From Gammaproteobacteria bacterium (GTDB lineage: Bacteria; Pseudomonadota; Gammaproteobacteria; UBA4575): 64,000 nucleotides of DNA. Under the pieces are notes generated by a model. It had not been told where the DNA came from. It searched no databases and saw only the letters and a program-made list of their open reading frames with translations. Location: the NCBI GenBank assembly GCA_965205685.1, contig OZ242174.1, positions 141,406 to 205,405 of the forward strand, read 5' to 3'. Shown piece after piece: positions 21,788 to 29,580 of this stretch (position 1 is the stretch's first letter; every line of letters begins with the position of its first letter). The position numbers were made by a program, and so were the translations under genes.

Positions 21788-21988
21788 TCAGCCGCCGCCG
21801 ATGGCATGGATAATTTCCACGCGATCGCCTGCATGCAACACGTGAGTGGCCAGTGCGCTGCGCACCACGATTTCGCTGTTGACCTCGACGGCGATGCGGC
21901 GGTCCCCGAGTTCCAGTGCATCGATCAGCCCGGACGCCGTCAGTCCTTCGGAGACGCTTTTCTCGCGGCCGTTCAGAATAATTTGCAT
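21788..21988 (-). CDS. thiS: Sulfur carrier protein ThiS
   Basis: 66 aa, MQIILNGREK...IIHAIGGG, with the C-terminal Gly-Gly. The ORF-track N-terminal extension was trimmed back to the ThiS-like Met. Confidence 0.8.
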   Translation of the reverse strand: MQIILNGREKSVSEGLTASGLIDALELGDRRIAVEVNSEIVVRSALATHVLHAGDRVEIIHAIGGG

Positions 21989-22041
21989 GCGGCTTTCCCT
22001 CGGACAGGCTGACTTCACAGCCGTTATAATCGGCAAACTTT

Positions 22042-23145
22042 TTGCAGACTTCAATAGTGTACATGGCCTATGACGCGGCAGTAATTGGTGGTGGCCTGAT
22101 CGGCATGATCACGGCGCGCACCCTGCAAATCGCCGGACTGAAGGTGGCGCTGCTCGAAAAAAATCGGCTCGGGGAAGAATCCAGCGGGGCAGCCGGCGGG
22201 ATCCTGGCCTCATTTCATCCCTGGCGCCAGCACGAGGCCGCAGGTGCGCTGATCAAGGCAAGCCAGGATGCCTTCCCGGTGCTGGCGGAAGAATTGCGCG
22301 AGGAGACCGGAATCGATCCGGGGCTGGTGCATTGCGGCATGCTGGTTGCAGATACTGAAGAACAAAGCCAGGCGCTTGCCTGGGCTGAAAAGCATGCCGT
22401 GCAAATCGAGGTCATTGACCAGGGACAATTGAAGGTGCTGGAGCCGAATCTTGCCGGGACACTGCATTCCGCACTTCTCATCCCGTCAACCATGCAGATT
22501 CAGCCTCGCCGGCTCATGAACGCCCTCCGGAAATCCCTGACCCGGCTCGGCGTTGAAATCCTTGAAGGGACCGAGGTCACCGGACTTGAGAGTCACGCCG
22601 GCAAAGTCATCGGGGCGCATACCGACCAGGGCACAATATCCGCTCACAAGATCGTTATCTGCAACGGGGCATGGGCCCAGCAGCTTCTTAAGACGCTCAC
22701 TGACATCTGCACGGACATCGTTCCGGTACGCGGACAAATACTGATGTTCAAGGCACAGCGACACGTGCTGTCACATATCCTGGTGCAAGACGAACAGTAC
22801 ATGGTGCCGTGGGGAGAGCATCATGTCCTGTGTGGCAGTTCGATGGAGTACGTGGGCTTTGACCGTTCCGTGACCGAGGAGGCAAAAAATGACATCTGTA
22901 CGTGGGCTTACCGGTTTTGCCCGCTGCTGGAAGATGCCGAGCTAGTCGATCACTGGAGCGGGCTTCGGCCCGGCACATTGCGTGATGCCCCTTACATCTG
23001 CAGACACCCTGAATATGAAAACCTGTATGTGAACGCCGGGCACTTCCGCTCCGGAATAGCCATGAGCGTCTCCTCCGCCGATCTCATGTGCAGGCTGATG
23101 ACGGACCCGTCTGCAGCCTCACAAATGGCCCAATACGGGTGCTAG
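22042..23145 (+). CDS. thiO: FAD-dependent glycine oxidase-like oxidoreductase (ThiO/DAO family)
   Basis: N-terminal dinucleotide-binding motif AAVIGGGLIGM, DAO-family C-terminus, divergent from thiSG. The start may instead be at 22063. Confidence 0.7.
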   Translation: MQTSIVYMAYDAAVIGGGLIGMITARTLQIAGLKVALLEKNRLGEESSGAAGGILASFHPWRQHEAAGALIKASQDAFPVLAEELREETGIDPGLVHCGMLVADTEEQSQALAWAEKHAVQIEVIDQGQLKVLEPNLAGTLHSALLIPSTMQIQPRRLMNALRKSLTRLGVEILEGTEVTGLESHAGKVIGAHTDQGTISAHKIVICNGAWAQQLLKTLTDICTDIVPVRGQILMFKAQRHVLSHILVQDEQYMVPWGEHHVLCGSSMEYVGFDRSVTEEAKNDICTWAYRFCPLLEDAELVDHWSGLRPGTLRDAPYICRHPEYENLYVNAGHFRSGIAMSVSSADLMCRLMTDPSAASQMAQYGC

Positions 23146-23275
23146 GTCATGCTCGAGAAGCCAGTTTCATGCTTGGATCATTGAATTTTCAGGGTGTCTA
23201 TCCCGTCATTTCAGCACACGGCAACTGGACGCACCTGTACAAACACTGTCCCGACAAGTTATAAACCGGGTCTGT

Positions 23276-23351
<76 letters not shown>

Positions 23352-23415
23352 ATATCATCAGCAGTTAGGTATGTACTTAACTCACTGAAATTCTCAAAAA
23401 GAATTTTATTGCAGG

Positions 23416-24285
23416 ATGCGACACCACTATGTGCCTCAGTTTTTGCTCAAGTATTGGGCAAAACATACACCTGACAAAAAGGTTGAAACATTCCGACTCG
23501 ATCAATCAAAAATTTCATCGAAACGTTACACACCTAAGTACGTTGGCTTTGAGCATGACTTGTACACATTAAAACCCAGTCGTACAGGTAGTTATGATGC
23601 TCAAGCAATTGAGACTAAAGTTCTAAAGCAGATTGACAGTTCTGCGGCAAGAGTTTTACACAAAATGTTTACGTCTGGACCACCAAGCCTAACTGGTCAG
23701 GATCATATAGATTGGACAGCATTTTTGATGTCCCTCCGTTCGCGAAACCCAGATTTCATTGAACATTTCAATAGTGTGGTACCCAATGCACTCAAGGAAA
23801 GTCTGGATGCAAACCCTAAAGAGTATGACGCATTATCAGAAGTCTCTGATCCCCCTACACTTTCAAAGTATGCGGAACAGAATTTTCCAGATATCACAGA
23901 GGAATTTAAATTGTCGCTCTTTAAAAACTTAGCCACCGATTCAAAAATTGGAAACAAGATATTGAACATGAACTGGGGGCTTTGTCCACTTAAGGTCAAA
24001 AAGAGCCATTTGTTGCTTTCAGATAGTCCTATTATCTTTACAGAAGGTATTGACCATCCTGATTTGATTATTGCCTTACCTGTAGGTCCACACACAGCAT
24101 TCATGGCAACTAATACTGACCGAATTGTTGCTGCTATTCAGAGAAGCCCCCAAGAACACCTGATGACCCGTATCAATGAAAGTTCACTAAATCAAGCAAG
24201 AAAACGGATCTATGCCCTTGATAGATCTCTATACAGTTTCATTAGCGACAAAATAAATAGACGTAAAAGTCATAGGCCTACCTGA
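23416..24285 (+). CDS. DUF4238-family protein
   Basis: The N-terminus MRHHYVPQFLLKYW matches the HYVPQFYL signature of DUF4238. 289 aa, AT-rich. Confidence 0.55.
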   Translation: MRHHYVPQFLLKYWAKHTPDKKVETFRLDQSKISSKRYTPKYVGFEHDLYTLKPSRTGSYDAQAIETKVLKQIDSSAARVLHKMFTSGPPSLTGQDHIDWTAFLMSLRSRNPDFIEHFNSVVPNALKESLDANPKEYDALSEVSDPPTLSKYAEQNFPDITEEFKLSLFKNLATDSKIGNKILNMNWGLCPLKVKKSHLLLSDSPIIFTEGIDHPDLIIALPVGPHTAFMATNTDRIVAAIQRSPQEHLMTRINESSLNQARKRIYALDRSLYSFISDKINRRKSHRPT

Positions 24286-24326
24286 GCTTGTTCTCACACC
24301 AAGTTGCTAATAGACAGAACTTTACT

Positions 24327-25535
24327 TTAGTTAGTGTAAGTAACTGGACGTCTAGCGCCACCATCCTTAAATAGCGGGACCTTTTGTTCTTCTACAGGAA
24401 GTGTGCAAGGTGAGGTGATTTTATACGGAGCACTTCGCTCTTTCGGTAAAGCCTGAACCTTAGGTATGAAACGTGCTCGACTACCAAGAAGGTATTCTTC
24501 AGATAGTTCGCAGCATATCCAGCGACGAGCTAAGTTTTCAGAAACTACACCTGTGACACAAGAACCAGCAAAAGGATCAACTACCAAATCGCCAGGATCA
24601 GTTAACAAACGGATAAAATATTCTGGTAATTGTGTAGGAAAACGAGCTGGGTGAATCGCGATATTCTCTGACCGGCAAAAATCTTGATATCTGCAATTTG
24701 ATTCAGTATTTGCAATTGCTAATAGATTAGGAGGAACAGAACCTCCATTGTCTATATTGAATTTCTTCGATATATCATGTCCAGATGGCCGAAGCTTCGC
24801 TTTATAGCCATTTTTTAGTAAGTACTTCATAGACTTGCTATAAGGCTGGAGAACACGTTTGTTGTTCGCTTTAGGATAAGGAGTCTTAGAAAGCCACCAT
24901 ATCGTGTTTACTGCATCTTTGACCCGAACACGTCTGATATTTACCCATTCAGAAGGTGTTGGTAGTTTTGCCGGGTTCCACCAGTAGTGTTCTTGGCAAA
25001 GATGAAAGCTGTACTCTTCAACGAGCATTAACAGTAGTTTGAAATGATAAAGACTACGTGTTGGTTGTCCAGGTATCCAAGCTCCACCAATGTCTATGAC
25101 CAAGCTACCTGAATCTTTTAGAACACGACTGAACCCTTCGGCAAAAGGTCGAAACCAGTCACAATATTGTTCAGCATCTTCATTTCCATAGCTTTTTTTT
25201 CGTACCAAACCGAATGGCGGACTAGTCACAAGCAAATCAACACTACCAGGTTTTGCCTTATGAAAAAGATAGCTTCGCGAGTCGCCCCATAGAATTTCAC
25301 CAAAATCTGTTTTATGAAAAGGCCTCAAGCGATCTACTGGATAGGCTGCTGGATTTACACAATTCTTATCCTTATCAGGTACCTCCCTGAAGTCTTTATG
25401 TAAAAACCGTATGTATTCACTTATGTTTTTAAAACCTTGAGAAGCAGATGCTTTTTCAAAGTCGGCACGTTCATCTTCAGTTAGGCGAATGTTGGTAATT
25501 TTATTTCGGGGCTTCGCCACTCTTGGTCGTGCCAT
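24327..25535 (-). CDS. DNA methyltransferase, beta-class N4-cytosine/N6-adenine type, with N-terminal extension
   Basis: Motif IV (LLVTSPPFG) precedes motif I (DLVVDPFAGSCVTG), and the RFPTQLPEYFIRLLT segment is typical of the N6_N4_Mtase family. About 50 aa at the N-terminus (ITNIRLTEDERADFEKASASQG) look like a small RHH-like DNA-binding module. Confidence 0.8.
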   Translation of the reverse strand: MARPRVAKPRNKITNIRLTEDERADFEKASASQGFKNISEYIRFLHKDFREVPDKDKNCVNPAAYPVDRLRPFHKTDFGEILWGDSRSYLFHKAKPGSVDLLVTSPPFGLVRKKSYGNEDAEQYCDWFRPFAEGFSRVLKDSGSLVIDIGGAWIPGQPTRSLYHFKLLLMLVEEYSFHLCQEHYWWNPAKLPTPSEWVNIRRVRVKDAVNTIWWLSKTPYPKANNKRVLQPYSKSMKYLLKNGYKAKLRPSGHDISKKFNIDNGGSVPPNLLAIANTESNCRYQDFCRSENIAIHPARFPTQLPEYFIRLLTDPGDLVVDPFAGSCVTGVVSENLARRWICCELSEEYLLGSRARFIPKVQALPKERSAPYKITSPCTLPVEEQKVPLFKDGGARRPVTYTN

Positions 25536-25579
25536 AGCTGCTTCCTTGAATTGATTGCAAAAGGATAATCTAATCCATA

Positions 25580-25616
25580 TTGTAATACAATTAACAGATA
25601 AATATTTGTATTACAA
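25580..25616. promoter_or_regulatory. Perfect 11-bp inverted repeat (TTGTAATACAA-N15-TTGTATTACAA) in the divergent MTase/helicase promoter region: candidate operator
   Basis: Seen in the 244-bp AT-rich intergenic region between the MTase start (25535) and the helicase start (25779). Confidence 0.4.
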
Positions 25617-25778
25617 ATACACCAGCTACTCGATATCCGCTCCTTTCATACGGCATGTATTTCTCAGAAACACTTAAGTGATATCTTTTAGATAGTATGT
25701 CCTCCAGCAATAGGGTTATTAGAAAGTATGGTCATAGGCAGAAGATTTTCTTGAGCTACCCTCATAAGAGTCAGCGCT

Positions 25779-26972
25779 ATGAACATTAATCAACAAATTA
25801 TCCCTAGAAGATGGCAGTCGGAAGCTCTGGAGATTTGGGCTAAAAATTTCCGTGGCGTTGCACAAGTGGTCACTGGGGGTGGAAAAACTATTTTTTCTTA
25901 TCTGTGCTTAGAAAAATTCTTCACTGAGTATCCAGATGGCAAAGCAATTATCATTGTCCCAACGTTAGCTTTGCTTGATCAATGGTTTCTAGATATATGT
26001 GATGCGACCAGCATAGAAGAGTCGGAAATTGCATGCTTCTCAGGTCACTCTCGACCCAAACAACCTGCACGGATAAACATACTTGTTTTAAATTCTGCAC
26101 GACTTGTTGCTCAAGACCTTACCAAGCAAGGTCCATCGATGCTTATTGTCGATGAATGTCATCGGGCAGGTGCAATTCAGAATTGCCGTGCATTGAAAGG
26201 GATTCATGAGGCAACCCTTGGTCTATCCGCTACACCTATTCGAGAACGAGATGATGGATTCGAAACGAAAATTGTTCCAGCACTTGGGCCAATTATTTAC
26301 TGTTACGACTATATCAAAGCAAAAGCCGACAACGTAATTGTCGACTTCGATTTAGTCAACATAGAGATTTCCCTTGATCATGCGGCAGTGAAAAAGCTAA
26401 TAACTACCTATAAACAGAAAATCTACGATATGGGGCAGCATAGTTGTTCATCAGAAGTAGACCAATTATTTGCTACAAGTTCGAGAAAAATAACTCGATC
26501 AGCGGAACATTCAGTTAGAACCCCGTGGGCAGCTAAAGTAGCATTAAGTCATAAGGGTGAGCGTGTGATCATTTTTCACGAAAGAATTGCATCACTGAGG
26601 ACTATTTCTAATCTTCTATCTAAGTTTCAACAGAATTCTGTTATATACCACTCATACCTTTCAGAAGCACATCGACGCGACAATCTTCGTCTTTTTCGAC
26701 GTGGCATGGTCAATGCACTAATCACGTGTCGCGCGCTTGATGAAGGTGCAAACGTACCAGAAGCTAACATTGCTATCATCGCCCATTCTACTTCAAGCTT
26801 ACGACAACGAATTCAGCGACTTGGACGAGTGCTGCGGCCAGCACCAGGGAAAAAAATTGCAACTGTTTACACACTTTATTCTGGAGAAGAACAACGGGCA
26901 AGGCTTGTAAAAGAAGCTAAAAATTTAGAAGGTGTAGCCAATGTCCGATGGAAACGGGGATCAGTTCAATGA
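25779..26972 (+). CDS. SF2 DEAD/DEAH-box helicase (Type III restriction Res-like helicase domain)
   Basis: Motif I VTGGGKT, motif II DECH, motif III SATP and motif VI QRIQRLGRVLR. 397 aa, with no nuclease domain of its own. Confidence 0.8.
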   Translation: MNINQQIIPRRWQSEALEIWAKNFRGVAQVVTGGGKTIFSYLCLEKFFTEYPDGKAIIIVPTLALLDQWFLDICDATSIEESEIACFSGHSRPKQPARINILVLNSARLVAQDLTKQGPSMLIVDECHRAGAIQNCRALKGIHEATLGLSATPIRERDDGFETKIVPALGPIIYCYDYIKAKADNVIVDFDLVNIEISLDHAAVKKLITTYKQKIYDMGQHSCSSEVDQLFATSSRKITRSAEHSVRTPWAAKVALSHKGERVIIFHERIASLRTISNLLSKFQQNSVIYHSYLSEAHRRDNLRLFRRGMVNALITCRALDEGANVPEANIAIIAHSTSSLRQRIQRLGRVLRPAPGKKIATVYTLYSGEEQRARLVKEAKNLEGVANVRWKRGSVQ

Positions 26973-27760
26973 CTTTGCTCATTCGCCATAGTCGAATTTT
27001 TGAACAAATTTACTACAACAACGAACCTCACTTCTCAGACATCGTGAAAGTGGAGCTGGCAAAAGTACTACCAAAATTTTCAATTCTGGGATTCTCACCA
27101 TATATCCTCGGTGATGAGGGGCGACGACGGAGACCAGACTTGGCGCTAATAGACCGAAACTACAGCATGTGGGTAGTAGTTGAAGTAGAGCTGGAGAACC
27201 ACTCGCTTGAACACCATGTTTTGCCTCAAGTTCAGACATTTGCAACAGGACACTACGACGAGACGCATGCAGAATTGTTACATAATAAAGATCCAACACT
27301 AAATATCACGAAATTAAAAAACCTTATTAAATACTGCCCACCTGTAATTTCAGTGATTGTAAATTCAAATTCGGTTCTAAAAAAAGGATGGCAAATTCTT
27401 GAATCTGACTATTCAGCTTACCTTACTTTTTTAGAATCATTTCGTGCTGAAGATGGTGATGTAGTTTTCTCGATCTCTGGTTACCTACCCACTCCACAAC
27501 CCTGCCACCTTATTAAGCTTAGAAAACATGGACTAATGAATGCCCTAGTCTGCAACAGCCCCGAGAATGTACCGGCAGACCTAGTTGATGTAATGCAAAT
27601 ATACTTTGATCAACGTCCCTACACTTGGCAAATAATTAGAACAAAAGATACGGCAGTATTTCTACCGACAGGTGGATTTACGGTCAGCGATGATCGCAAC
27701 TATGAGATGTTAAGAATCGATGAAGGAAACAAAACGATATATAAATTAATAAAATTGTAG
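26969..27760 (+). CDS. Hypothetical protein, possible degenerate PD-(D/E)xK-like nuclease partner of the helicase
   Basis: ATGA-overlapped with the helicase stop (translational coupling). It contains RRPDLALID...WVVVEVELE, reminiscent of a restriction-endonuclease-like core. This is weak. Confidence 0.35.
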   Translation: MTLLIRHSRIFEQIYYNNEPHFSDIVKVELAKVLPKFSILGFSPYILGDEGRRRRPDLALIDRNYSMWVVVEVELENHSLEHHVLPQVQTFATGHYDETHAELLHNKDPTLNITKLKNLIKYCPPVISVIVNSNSVLKKGWQILESDYSAYLTFLESFRAEDGDVVFSISGYLPTPQPCHLIKLRKHGLMNALVCNSPENVPADLVDVMQIYFDQRPYTWQIIRTKDTAVFLPTGGFTVSDDRNYEMLRIDEGNKTIYKLIKL

Positions 27761-27792
27761 AGATTTAATTGTGAAAATAACTAGGAGGTAAC

Positions 27793-29304
27793 ATGGCATT
27801 AGAGATCAGGTTTGGACATGAAAATTTTGCTAACTATAAGCGACTATCTTACAAATGGTGGTTTGCCTTGGCCGAATTCGTCGATAATTCAACACAGTCC
27901 TACTTCGATCATAGTGAGATACTTAAACCTGTATACGAAAAAGAGAAAGAAAGGTTTTTTGTGAACATTTCCACGGACGAAGATTTTATTCGAGTACGTG
28001 ACAATGCCATGGGCATGGATCTCGAGGACTTACAAAATGCCATGGTAGTTGGCATACCCCCAAAAAATACTAGTGGTCGATCACAATATGGGCTCGGAAT
28101 GAAAACTGCGGCCTGCTGGATCGGGGACAAGTGGAAAATTATAACAACTAAATTAGGTAGCCCATTTGAATACACAGTAAATGTGAATGTAAATGAAGTG
28201 TCAAAAGGGAATATAGTCCCCCCAGTTGATGAGAGAGAGATTTCTTCGGATGATCATTACACTGTTATTGAAATCACAGAGCACCACCGACCATTGCGTG
28301 GGAGAACAATTACAAAAGTCAAAGAGTATCTTGAAAGTATCTACCGAGTAGATATTTCTCTTGGAGAAATGTTACTCCAGTACAACGACCTTGAATTGAA
28401 TTGGAATGGCTTTTCTGACCATGATTTCCTAAAGCGTAAGGATAGTACAGCTTATAGAGAACATTTTATTTTTGAAATTGACACTGAGCCCAAGAAAGTT
28501 GTTGAAGGTTGGGTAGGAGTACTGCAAAAGGGTTCACGTGCTAAGGCTGGATTCTCTATATTTCACCGAAAACGTTTAATCAAAGGTTGGCCGGATAGCT
28601 GGCGTCCTGAGAAAGTTTTTGGAGTTGGTGGAAGGAATGACTTAATCAACCAACGCGTAGTAGGGGAAATAAACCTGGAAGATTTTGAAATTTCCCACAC
28701 TAAGGATGAAATTAACTGGAATGGTCTGGAAGAGGAGCTAGTTGAAGAGGGGTTATTGAAGCGTTGCAAACCGTATATGGAAACAGCTCGAAAAGCTCGA
28801 AAAGGGCAAGCAGTAGACCATGGTCCCACTGATGTCCAAGTGGATGTTGCTGTCCAAACTTTACAGGAAGAGCTTACAGCACCTGAGTTTTTGGAAGCAT
28901 TAGAACTAGAAGAAGTTCTTCCGCCATTGAGCCAAATTAAAGCAAGTAATGAACATATAGTCACTAATGCTTCAAATATTGACCCTGCATTTATAGTAAA
29001 CCTTAGGGATATGAATATTCGTGTCTACATAGACACAATAGGCTCGCCAAACGATCCATATTTTGTTAATCAAGATGTCGATGATGCCTCACTCGTGATA
29101 GTAATCAATAAGCAGCACCCACACTGGCTGATGCTCGAGGGCGAGAATTCCGTGGTGAATTATATGCGGCACTGTGTTTATGATGGGGTTGCTGAGTATC
29201 GCGCCACACGATTAAGTAGAGTTGAGTCAGACTCTGTAAAGAGACTGAAAGATATGTACTTGAGGATCCCCTTCGAAATATTACAGCGTGAAGAGGAAGA
29301 GTAG
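27793..29304 (+). CDS. GHKL-superfamily ATPase (HATPase_c_3 / MORC-like)
   Basis: N-box ALAEFVDNS, G1 box DNAMGMD and G2 box GLGMKTA. 503 aa. It is the last gene of the helicase operon. Confidence 0.6.
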   Translation: MALEIRFGHENFANYKRLSYKWWFALAEFVDNSTQSYFDHSEILKPVYEKEKERFFVNISTDEDFIRVRDNAMGMDLEDLQNAMVVGIPPKNTSGRSQYGLGMKTAACWIGDKWKIITTKLGSPFEYTVNVNVNEVSKGNIVPPVDEREISSDDHYTVIEITEHHRPLRGRTITKVKEYLESIYRVDISLGEMLLQYNDLELNWNGFSDHDFLKRKDSTAYREHFIFEIDTEPKKVVEGWVGVLQKGSRAKAGFSIFHRKRLIKGWPDSWRPEKVFGVGGRNDLINQRVVGEINLEDFEISHTKDEINWNGLEEELVEEGLLKRCKPYMETARKARKGQAVDHGPTDVQVDVAVQTLQEELTAPEFLEALELEEVLPPLSQIKASNEHIVTNASNIDPAFIVNLRDMNIRVYIDTIGSPNDPYFVNQDVDDASLVIVINKQHPHWLMLEGENSVVNYMRHCVYDGVAEYRATRLSRVESDSVKRLKDMYLRIPFEILQREEEE

Positions 29305-29580
29305 TTGTAAGCCGCTAGCTTTGAATCTGGTCCCTCTATCCCAAGCTCGTCCAGCACAGTGCACTATTTGTTGACCATGGCAGGAGCCCAATAAGTCTGT
29401 GCTCATTTGAATCGAAAATTACCATTTGCCCTCCAGCATGACTCGCGTCCTGAATGGGCAGTAGAGTCTCCGCCTGAAAAGCTCCTTTAACATTTTGCAG
29501 GTTTCGCAAAACCAAGGTTCCACGAAATCTTGATTTCTGACCGCTAATGAACTCAAATCCTGAATATTCATGAACTGTAT

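Larger units (their letters stand above)
23352..29580. mobile_element. Putative horizontally acquired genomic island (about 6.2 kb, low GC) inserted next to tRNA-Thr; no integrase detected
   Basis: GC content drops sharply (AT-rich codons) from just after the tRNA 3' end until about 29.5 kb. The gene content is defence-like: DUF4238, DNA MTase, helicase, GHKL ATPase. I did not see a flanking direct repeat of the tRNA 3' end. Confidence 0.55.

Noticed and set aside
21989-22062. Search for a TPP riboswitch upstream of thiS-thiG
   Set aside because: Only about 74 nt separate thiS from the divergent thiO-like gene. I could not find the conserved CUGAGA/ACCUGAUC-type elements, so no riboswitch is claimed.
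29305-29580. Small ORF 29419-29631 (70 aa, minus) and possible regulatory palindromes upstream of copA
   Set aside because: The ORF has no support (odd composition, overlaps the copA start). I could not identify a convincing CueR/MerR-type operator with 19-bp spacing.
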